This document shows positions 51,776-60,102 of a stretch of DNA of 64,000 nucleotides, piece after piece. Source of the DNA: an uncultured delta proteobacterium (GTDB taxonomy: Bacteria > Desulfobacterota > Desulfobacteria > Desulfobacterales > Desulfosalsimonadaceae); NCBI GenBank assembly GCA_963826785.1, contig CAWGYD010000004.1, positions 32,001 to 96,000 of the forward strand, in the 5' to 3' direction. Within the stretch, counting starts at the first letter, position 1. Each line of letters starts with the position of its first letter. Both the position numbers and the translations under genes were made by a program. Below the pieces are notes generated by a model. It worked only from the letters and a program-made list of their open reading frames with translations, made no database searches and had not been told where the DNA came from.

Positions 51776-52201
51776 ATGAAAAAACATTTGCTTGAGATCA
51801 GTTTCCACGACGGCAGCGGCTACATGCCCCTGGTTGACTTCGATGAATGGCGGGTCGCCATGTTGAACTTCAGCCATGACCTGCTGCCGGAAAATATCAG
51901 ATCCATGCAGCGGCATAATGACACCGATGAGGTATTCGTTTTGCTTCAGGGAAAATGCATTCTGTTTGTTGCAGACGGCACAGCTTCGGCAGGGGCGATA
52001 TACGCAGAAGATATGGAACCGCTGAAGGGGTATAACGTGAAAAAGGGCGTCTGGCACTCCCATGTCCTGAGCCCGGACGCCCGGGTGCTGATCGTTGAAA
52101 ACCGGGACACGACCTATGACAATTCCCCTTTCTGCGACCTGGATGCTTCGCAGCGAAAATTTATGGCAGAGAGCGTCCGGAAATTTTGGGAGCAAGAGTG
52201 A
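51776..52201 (+). CDS. Cupin-fold hypothetical protein
   Basis: RHNDTDEVFVLLQG and GVWH cupin-like motifs. Confidence 0.75.
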   Translation: MKKHLLEISFHDGSGYMPLVDFDEWRVAMLNFSHDLLPENIRSMQRHNDTDEVFVLLQGKCILFVADGTASAGAIYAEDMEPLKGYNVKKGVWHSHVLSPDARVLIVENRDTTYDNSPFCDLDASQRKFMAESVRKFWEQE

Positions 52202-52316
52202 AACGCAGGAAAGACTTTTTCGGCCTAAGGGCTTTCTGGCAATTTTTCGATCTCCAGAAAATATCGCCGTGCCTGGCGATGAAAAATTCCTGCGTCCGTT
52301 CGGGCGCAAAAACAAA

Positions 52317-52359
52317 AAAACTGCCGGGTCACGTGAATATTGCGTCATCCGGCAGTTTT
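52317..52359. terminator. Bidirectional intrinsic terminator
   Basis: aaaactgccgg / ccggcagtttt stem between convergent genes. Confidence 0.65.
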
Positions 52360-52386
52360 ACTAATCTTTAATGATTGCGGATTTCA

Positions 52387-53088
52387 TCAGGCGTTTCTGA
52401 CGGAGGTCATCAGTTTGCCCCCCAGAGCAGTGCCGCCGATCAGCATGATGGCACCCAGAATCAGGAATGCCACCAGGCTCAGTACGCCGGGTGCGACCTG
52501 GGAAAGCGCAATGATTCCAAGGATGACCGCGGCCACCCCGACAATCACTTCCAGGCCGATCGAGGCGACGACCGCTTTTTTCAATCCTTTTTCCTCTTGT
52601 TCTTCTCCGGCCCGAAGCGAATTCAGATGCATTTTGGCACCGCTGGACAGGGCCAGTCCGATTCCCAGAACGATCGCAGCAATGGGCAGCAGCACCAGTG
52701 GATACACATTGACCAGCGCCAGAATGCTCAAGGCCAACCCGGCGCCGCCGGCCAGGAATTCAGCGCTCATGCCGCCGGCCACCTGGGCGCTTGTGGATTG
52801 CCCCCGTGCTCTGGTCAGCTTGCCGAATTCCGCACTGATGGACAATCCTTCCAGCATAATGGCGGCACTGATACAAATCGCCGCAACAGATGCGAGGATT
52901 CCCGGAGCTGCCCCGGCAAGGCCGATGATCGTGAGCACCAGCGCCGCCAGCCCGCCTATCATTTCAATAAACGATCCGCCCGCGAATACCTCCAGAACCC
53001 TTTTATCCTGGACGAAGCCCCGGCCCCGGACATCCGCCCGGCGGTCCACCGTATTCAATCTTCTGTCTTCAAAAGTTGCTTCAGCCAT
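52387..53088 (-). CDS. Gly/Ala-rich multi-pass membrane protein
   Basis: 233 aa, about 6 TM helices in three similar hairpin units; AGGAGG RBS. Confidence 0.8.
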   Translation of the reverse strand: MAEATFEDRRLNTVDRRADVRGRGFVQDKRVLEVFAGGSFIEMIGGLAALVLTIIGLAGAAPGILASVAAICISAAIMLEGLSISAEFGKLTRARGQSTSAQVAGGMSAEFLAGGAGLALSILALVNVYPLVLLPIAAIVLGIGLALSSGAKMHLNSLRAGEEQEEKGLKKAVVASIGLEVIVGVAAVILGIIALSQVAPGVLSLVAFLILGAIMLIGGTALGGKLMTSVRNA

Positions 53089-53288
53089 GATTGCCTCCTT
53101 ACATAGATTTTCATGTTCTATCCACTTGCGTTAACCATGCGCAAAGGCTCTGCTCTTTAAATCTTAAGCCTTGCGCTTTTCACCACTAACGATAGGGCAG
53201 GGATAGTTAAAAGAAAATGGGGGCAACCCGGTATTTTGGTATGGCGGGGGTGTAGTTTCAAAAAGCAGGACCATCGCCGCGCTGCAGA

Positions 53289-53717
53289 TCAGTCCTTAAG
53301 TTTTGCTTCAAGCGTGATTTCAGTACCGGCCAGGGCCCGCGACACCGGGCAGTTTTCTTTCGCATCCTGTGCATGTTTGCTGAAATCGGCCGCATCGATT
53401 TCCGGCACGTTGGCCTGGGTGACAAGATCGATTCTGGAAATGGCAAATCCGTTGCCGGATTTTTCCAGATGAACTTTGGCGGTGGTGTGAATCTGTTCGG
53501 GTGAATATCCGGCCTTCCCCAGGATCAATGAAAGCGCCATGGAAAAACATCCGGCGTGGGCCGCGCCGATCAGCTCTTCCGGATTGGTACCCGCCCCGGA
53601 TTCAAATCGGGATTTAAAGGAATAGGCGCCTTCGAATGCTCCGCTTCCCAGTTTCATGGTTCCGTTGCCGTTTTCAAGACTTCCGTTCCACTCAGCTTCC
53701 GATTGACGTACTGGCAT
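53289..53717 (-). CDS. osmC: OsmC-family peroxiredoxin
   Basis: [20 protein letters not shown] and CPVSRAL motifs; GGAGG RBS before the ATG at 53717. Confidence 0.95.
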   Translation of the reverse strand: MPVRQSEAEWNGSLENGNGTMKLGSGAFEGAYSFKSRFESGAGTNPEELIGAAHAGCFSMALSLILGKAGYSPEQIHTTAKVHLEKSGNGFAISRIDLVTQANVPEIDAADFSKHAQDAKENCPVSRALAGTEITLEAKLKD

Positions 53718-54021
53718 AGGACCTCCCTGTTGTGTTGTGCAATGGTTCGGATGGATGATGGACCATATTGCCCGATTCTCATGGCGAGGCAAATAGGTGA
53801 AAACATGTATATGTGGTACATTTTGAATGTACCTTCGATCCGTGATCAGCAATAAACATTGAAAAATCTATAGGCTTTTACTTTGTGCCGGCATGTCGGG
53901 ATGATGTCTGAATTCATGTTTTCTTTTTCGCTCTAAAGAGCGCCCTGTCAGGACTGGCACCTGATTGATGCCGCCCCGCGGGGCCGTGGCGATTTCCCCG
54001 GTGTTTTGCCCGGGCCATGAT

Positions 54022-54534
54022 TCAGATGAGGCTGGAAATGATGTCGAAAAGATGTTTTTGCGTCAACACGCGGCCCTTGGCCAGAAAGGGATAGTCCTGA
54101 TCGAAACCGATCCTGCCGCAGTTGATGACTTCCCCTTGCCGGATATCCACATCCAATAGCTGGTTGCCGGAATGGATGGAAAAATAGTCGAGCAGGTTGT
54201 TTGCGATCCGGTCCTGCATGAATGAAAGGATTTCGGCCGGTGCTTCAAAAGAGACGATCTCGTAAGCTTGTGGTAGCAGGTCGATCTTTTTGCCGTAATA
54301 GAATTCCCCGCGTGTAAAAACAGCCTTTCGGCCGATGCGCAGAGGCCTTAAATACGTGTGCGTCAGGCCGGCGACTTTTTCATTTTTTTCGCAATTGTAC
54401 GATGGGTTCCGGAATACGGCATCATCGATGCCCAAGTGCGCAAAGACTTGGTCAATGCTCGACATCAGATCGATTACCGGTGGATCGGCATCAAGGCAAT
54501 TTTTGCGGGATTTCGTTTTCGCCTGACCGGCCAT
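54022..54534 (-). CDS. Hypothetical protein
   Basis: Open frame of 170 aa with a plausible RBS; no recognised motif. Confidence 0.55.
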   Translation of the reverse strand: MAGQAKTKSRKNCLDADPPVIDLMSSIDQVFAHLGIDDAVFRNPSYNCEKNEKVAGLTHTYLRPLRIGRKAVFTRGEFYYGKKIDLLPQAYEIVSFEAPAEILSFMQDRIANNLLDYFSIHSGNQLLDVDIRQGEVINCGRIGFDQDYPFLAKGRVLTQKHLFDIISSLI

Positions 54535-54612
54535 TAAATTTCCCTGTGTCATTTTCAAAGAGTTTAAACGGCGAAGCGTCCCTTGCGCCGGCATCAATTT
54601 TCTTTGCCATTT

Positions 54613-55274
54613 TTATCCGATGGCATCCCACACCGGCTTTTCCAGAAAGCGGGAGAGGGTATCCGCCTGCTGCCGGATCGTGTCGAGACTGCCGTGGTCG
54701 ATGACGTTGATGCGGCTCCCGTCCGTGAGCACCAGGTTGAGCTCATAGCTGTAGTAAGAATTTTTGTTGCCCCGGCAGTATTCTGAAACCAGTTGGAGCG
54801 CGTAAATCCGCTCGATTTCAGTAAATGCGGTCAGCTGCCTCGGCAGGGCATGGCGTGGGTTTTTCCGGCCTTTCCAGAAATAGCCCGCCTGTTTGTCGAA
54901 AGTGGCCGGGGCAAAGCCGAAGATCATCATGGCGCCGCCGGCCGCCGCAAAAGCCAGACCCATCAGGACCGGGAATAATCCCTCTGCCGAAAACAACGGG
55001 GCGTCCCGGGTCGTGTGGCGATAAAGGAATGCCCCCGCCAGCCCCAGTCCGGCAAGGCAAAAAAACAGGGCAAACAGGAATGCGCCGGCTGAAACCGTAA
55101 ACACCATCCGCCGGGGGAAACGCTGTGCAGCCGGTGGGTGCAAAAACTGGCGCCGCCTGACTTTGCCGGACCCCACTCTATGGTCTCAGCCAGGGGATCG
55201 TTGAAACTTTTGGGATCGACCGGCGTGGGTACCCGGATGTATTTTGCCAGCCGCGCGAAGAGTTGTCTGACCAT
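54613..55274 (-). CDS. Two-TM membrane protein (apparent 1-bp deletion at 55113-55117)
   Basis: N-terminal DPKSFNDPLAETIEWGPAKSGGASFCTHRL joins RMVFTVSAG..YSYELNLVLTDGSRINVIDHG if one base is added in the homopolymer run. Confidence 0.7.
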
Positions 55275-55471
55275 TGATTTTCGTTTGTGCTGTCGGGTTC
55301 ATGGGGATTTTCGAATTGTTGCCATCTTATCCAGGAAACGGCGAAAAAGTCAAGGAGGGAGAGTCGCTTACATGGGGCAAAACGAATCAGCTGCAGATAA
55401 GTGAGCCTGTTCGGCTGAAGCGCTGGGGCTGTGTATAAAAGGAGACACGTGTATACGGGAAGGAACGAAAA

Positions 55472-56845
55472 TCAGGGCTGTTTCATGCCGATTCGCGTTT
55501 CCTGGTGATTGACCATGGCAACATCGACCAAGTAATCGAACCCGGGATCCTTATCGAGGGTATGGCATCGGGTGCAGGTGTTTTCTGTGACCGGCCGCAA
55601 AAGCTTGCTGTCCGGGTCTTTTACATGATGGGCGGCGGGGCCGTGGCAAGCTTCGCACTGGACCCCGGCCATCCATCCGCTTCCGGCGTCTGGATTAAAA
55701 ATGCTGCCGGGATCGGCATTTAGAAGACCCGTGGCATGGCAGGCAAGACAGTCCGGGTCAAACCCCCTCCTGCGGGCTGTCAGGCTCTCATGGGCGCGGG
55801 CATGGAGGCTTTCCGCCCAGGACCGGTTGATCTCCGGATGGCAGGACCTGCAGGCGCCGCTGCCCGCAAAGGCTTCCCCGCCTCTTGAGGAAATCAGGGC
55901 CTTCATATCGGTTTGGTCCTGCGGGCCAAGGAAGGCTTCTTGTTTTTGATTGATCCAGAGTGCAAACAGCCTCTTGATTTCAGGGTCTTCTTCGATTTGC
56001 CCCACCGTGGCCCGGAGGTGCCGGGAAGCGGAGAAGCCGGGTGCGCCGGCAGCAGCGCCGAGATAATCGGTATAGGCGACGTACATGCCCAGGCTGTTGT
56101 TGGCTACGATCGGGGGGGATGCCCCCATGTCGTCGACCGGAGCATCGGATGCGGCCAGGCCATCCACGATCATGCCGATGCCGGGGCAGTTTTCAATGAG
56201 AGTTGTCCGGTAGGCGGCATCCCCATAAACAATGACCACCATCAGGTCGTCACCGTTTCTGCGCCTGATTTCCCGGAGTGCCGGGATGGGGTCTGCGAAG
56301 ACAATCTTCGGGTCGGCGGATATGGCCAGCGCCGGGTCCATAACCGATGTCACCACCACCGGCGTACGGCCGCTGTTTTTCATAAACCGCGCAGAAGCCT
56401 TGAATCCGGGTATATTTGCTGAAACCAGCGGGACCTTGTAAAACTGCCGAAGTGTATCGGCGGCGTTTTTAAGATCATCCGGTCCGACGCCGATGACCTC
56501 CACACCGGAGGCGGCCAGGGCGGACAGGATAAAGTCGTTTTCCGCCGAAGCGGTATCCGGCGCCGGGTTGAAGTTGTCCCCGGCATTGATGACCAGGGTC
56601 CGGTCCGGACCGAATTCCCTTTTTAATGTGTCGATCAGTGTTTTCCGGCGGGAAAGCCCCCCCGCCTGGTTCTTCTGTCAGCCGCACGGTTCGGCGTTGC
56701 CGTTGAGCCCGCCGCCGTAAATGATCCGCAGAGCGGCGCCCTGCGCGGCATCGCCCCGCATGTCGCCGTCCGCCAGGGATGCCGCCGACGTCAGAAGGAT
56801 GGCCAGCAGCGTAAACGCAGCGCGCAGGTGGGCTTGATATGACAA
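55472..56845 (-). CDS. Putative selenoprotein: signal peptide + UshA/5'-nucleotidase-like domain with a CxU motif + tetraheme c554-like domain (457 aa)
   Basis: GAGGAG RBS and TTG start at 56845; signal peptide; ..GLNGNAEPCG-TGA(56680-56678)-QKNQAGGLSRR..LVINAGDNF, in frame with the 343-aa ORF; heme motifs CRSCH, CLACH, CEACH, CTRCH. Confidence 0.85.
56645..56669 (-). promoter_or_regulatory. Candidate bacterial SECIS element
   Basis: Hairpin CC-A-GGCGGGGG-GGCU-UUCCCGCC-GG starting 9 nt after the in-frame UGA, with G in the apical loop. Confidence 0.65.
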
Positions 56846-57033
56846 AGACCGATGCTCCTCTTTATTTCGTATTCAGATGCGCCGGCGCCGTCGTACAGAT
56901 CATCATCTGGCGCCTTTTACTTACTGCTTTTTGCATCCGGTTGAATGTAAAGCCAAATTCAGGGGATCAACAATCGTCGTGCCGGCGTATCGAATTTCGA
57001 CGCGCCCGGGTCGATTGTCGTGTGAATACTAAA

Positions 57034-57049
57034 TCCAATTTCCGTGCCA
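57034..57049 (-). promoter_or_regulatory. Candidate sigma54 (-24/-12) promoter for the selenoprotein gene
   Basis: TGGCACG-GAAA-TTGGA versus consensus TGGCACG-N4-TTGCW (one mismatch, at -12). Confidence 0.55.
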
Positions 57050-57294
57050 AAAGTGTCAATTACCGCGCTGGCTGATGGGAAGCAAAAAAAATTGCTGTAT
57101 TTTAAATCGCTTGCGCTCCTGAAATTCTGATGCCGATCCATTTACGCATTTGGAAATTTAAACATTGACATTTGATGTGTTAACTTTTATTTAACATGTA
57201 ACCAAAAGGAACGTTACCAAAACGTTACCTTCTTCTGCCCTCAAGAGCGTATGGTCAAAGAGGGCTTGCAAATGGAGATGCCTTAAATCCTCTG

Positions 57295-58698
57295 ATGGAA
57301 GATCGTTGTCTGCAGGATATTTTCGATAGCCGGTTTGCGCGTTTACTGCTCGATGCAATGGCAGAAGGCGTCTTCACGCTGGATGTGCAGGGGCGGATCA
57401 CCTCCTGGAATCCCTCCATGGAAAAACTGACCGGCTACAGTGCCGGAGAGGCCATCGGCCAAACCTGCAAGACCCTGAAATTCACCCGTTGCCTGAACCG
57501 GACATGTCCCGAGAACATCAATGAATGCACCATCTACAGCCGGGGTTCGGTGGAATCGGCCGAATGCCAGATGCGCCACCGGGACGGCCATATCGTTCCG
57601 GTGATCAAGAATGCACGGGTGGTGAAGGATGAACTGGGCGATGACATCGGCGTGGTGGAGACGGTCACCGATATATCGGAACTGATGGATGTTCGCCGCC
57701 AGGTGGAAGAAGCCGCCCTGAAACTGGCCGAAACCCATCAATTTGAAAACATCATCGGTAAAAGCGCCGTCATGCGCAGGGTGTTCGATTCTGTCCGGGC
57801 CGCAGCCAAAAGCGATGCCACCGTGCTGATCCAGGGGGAAAGCGGCACCGGAAAGGAACTGGTGGCCGGGGCCATCCATTTTCATAGCGACCGGTCCCGA
57901 GGCCCCCTCATCCCCGTCAACTGCAGTGCGCTTTCGGAATCGATTCTGGAAAGCGAACTGTTCGGACATGTGCGGGGGGCGTTTACCGGCGCTCACCGGG
58001 ATCGGAAAGGCCGGTTCGAGGAATCCCATGGCGGGACCATCTTTCTGGATGAAATCGGCGAGATCAGCCCCTATATACAGCTCAAGCTTTTGCGGGCCAT
58101 CCAGGAGCGGCAGATCGAGCGGGTGGGAGATTCCAACTCAATGGATCTCGATTTTCGTGTGATCGCCGCCACCAACAAGGACCTGTATGGATTGGTCCGG
58201 CAGGGTCTGTTCAGGGAGGATCTGTATTATCGGCTCAAGGTGTTTCCCATCCATATGCCACCGCTGATGGCGCGAAAAGACGACATTCCGCTGCTGGCCA
58301 CCCATTTTGTAAACCGGTTCAATCGTAAAACCGGCCGGCGGATCAAGGGGGTGGCCAAGGATGCCATGCGGCTGCTGATGGCGCATGCGTGGCCCGGAAA
58401 TGTCCGGGAACTCGAAAATGCCATCGAGCATGCATTCGTGCTGTGCGAAGAAGAAATTATCAAGGCGGCGGCACTGCCGGTGGAAATCCGCAAAATTCCC
58501 GCCGCCCCTCTGCTGGGGCATGGCCCCGTGGTAACGGGGGGCATCCGGGCGGGTTCGCCGAACCGGACGGATCTTCTGGAACTGCTGGATGCATGCGGAT
58601 GGAACAAGGCCGAGGTGGGCCGCCGGCTCGGCATCAGCCGGACTTCAGTATGGAAGTACATGAAAAAACATGATATTCCGTTAAAAAGACCGGATTAG
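57295..58698 (+). CDS. PAS-domain sigma54-dependent transcriptional activator (PAS-AAA+-Fis HTH)
   Basis: PAS domain with Cys residues, GESGTGKE, ESELFGH..GAFTGA, FLDEIG, WPGNVREL and a C-terminal HTH. Confidence 0.96.
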   Translation: MEDRCLQDIFDSRFARLLLDAMAEGVFTLDVQGRITSWNPSMEKLTGYSAGEAIGQTCKTLKFTRCLNRTCPENINECTIYSRGSVESAECQMRHRDGHIVPVIKNARVVKDELGDDIGVVETVTDISELMDVRRQVEEAALKLAETHQFENIIGKSAVMRRVFDSVRAAAKSDATVLIQGESGTGKELVAGAIHFHSDRSRGPLIPVNCSALSESILESELFGHVRGAFTGAHRDRKGRFEESHGGTIFLDEIGEISPYIQLKLLRAIQERQIERVGDSNSMDLDFRVIAATNKDLYGLVRQGLFREDLYYRLKVFPIHMPPLMARKDDIPLLATHFVNRFNRKTGRRIKGVAKDAMRLLMAHAWPGNVRELENAIEHAFVLCEEEIIKAAALPVEIRKIPAAPLLGHGPVVTGGIRAGSPNRTDLLELLDACGWNKAEVGRRLGISRTSVWKYMKKHDIPLKRPD

Positions 58699-59161
58699 GG
58701 GGCGTGTCCACTTCTCAGGGGAAGCGGATGCCTGTGCGGTCAAAAAGGTTCATCGCACCGGTTTTTTTCAACCGCACCGGATTTTAATAGAAGCTGCGGG
58801 AAAATGATCAAAAAAATGTAGTTCTATTTTAAATAAATTCAATTATTTTCAATGGCATGCCCTCCCGTTGAAATTGTTTGTCTTGACAAGGGATTAGTCG
58901 GGTGCTCTTATAAAACCTTTTTTACATGGGTTATGGGGTGCAAGTTGTAACTGCTTGATAATTAATATTTTTTCGGAACTGACGGCGGGGCCCCGATTTG
59001 GAGTATGATCACTGCAGACGGATTGCCCTCACCAAGGGTTTCCGAGCCCGCAGCATGGCTCCCCGGAAAAAAGCGCATCGCAACCGAACTCTCCGGGATG
59101 CACTGTTCAACGGTAAAAGAATGATATCTAAAACGGCTTCAAGAATGAAGGAATGCACATC

Positions 59162-60034
59162 ATGAGCTTAAAGAGAAAATTATCAGCCGGTGATTTTGTA
59201 GTCATGGCCGAGATGAACACGCCCAAGGGCGTGGATATATCGGAGCTGGTGACCAATGCGCGGCGCCTCAAGGGCCGGGTGGATGCGGTGGTGATTCCGG
59301 ACATGGACAACGGTGTCATGCGCATGAGTGCCCTGGCCGGCGGCACGCTGATGCGCCAGCAAGGGTTTGATACGGTCATGCATGTCTATGGCCGGGACAA
59401 GAACCGCATTGCCCTCCAGGGCGACCTGCTCGCCGCCTATGTCATGGGCATTGAAAACCTGCTGGTGGTCCGGGGTGAAGAGATGGCCGCCGGGGATCAC
59501 CGGGAGGCCAAACCCGTGGACGATCTGGATGAGCAGGCGATCTTCGGCATGATCCGCTCCCTGAAGGAGGGGGTTGACATGGCTGGTTTCGAACTCAAGG
59601 GAATCCCGGATTTTACCGTGGGATGCGCGCTGCTGCCGTTCACAGATGATGCCGGAATGGAATCCGAAATCGAGTCGATCCGGAAGAAAAAGGAGGCCGG
59701 CGCGCAGTTCGTCATCATTCCGCCGATCTTCGACATGGCCCTCTGCACCCGGCTGGTAAAGCGGCTGAAGGAGCTGGATATCGCCGTCATCGCCACGGTT
59801 TTTCTGCTGAAAAATGTCGGCATGGCCCGGTACCTTTCCATCAATGATCCGGCTTCCAGGGTCTCCGAAGAAATGATTACCCGGATCCGGAAGGCTTCCG
59901 ACCGGGAAGCGGAATGCATCCGCATGGCAGGCGAAATGGCACTTGAACTGAAAAAATCGGCTGATGGCATCAAGCTGGTGACGCTGGGCTGGGAACACCG
60001 GCTGCCGGCCATCCTTGAAAAAGCGGGATTGTAG
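59162..60034 (+). CDS. Methylenetetrahydrofolate reductase-like protein (divergent MetF paralogue)
   Basis: AEMNTPKG, RDKNRIALQGDLL, GIENLLVVRGE and GAQF..PIFD motifs. Confidence 0.85.
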   Translation: MSLKRKLSAGDFVVMAEMNTPKGVDISELVTNARRLKGRVDAVVIPDMDNGVMRMSALAGGTLMRQQGFDTVMHVYGRDKNRIALQGDLLAAYVMGIENLLVVRGEEMAAGDHREAKPVDDLDEQAIFGMIRSLKEGVDMAGFELKGIPDFTVGCALLPFTDDAGMESEIESIRKKKEAGAQFVIIPPIFDMALCTRLVKRLKELDIAVIATVFLLKNVGMARYLSINDPASRVSEEMITRIRKASDREAECIRMAGEMALELKKSADGIKLVTLGWEHRLPAILEKAGL

Positions 60035-60102
60035 CTTAAGACAGCCTTATTCACGACATGGTGCGGAAACTCAATAACCGCAAGCATATAAATAGGTAAC
60101 AC

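Noticed and set aside
53935..53970. Fourth sRNA unit or sigma54 promoter (agcgccctgtc..., tggcac)
   Set aside because: Only half of the terminator stem matches, there is no matching promoter architecture, and the -12 element is not correctly spaced.
254..55117. Programmed frameshifting or genome decay as the explanation for six broken genes
   Set aside because: No shared slippery motif, mixed +1 and -1 events, no nonsense mutations or other decay, and important genes affected; sequencing error is more parsimonious.
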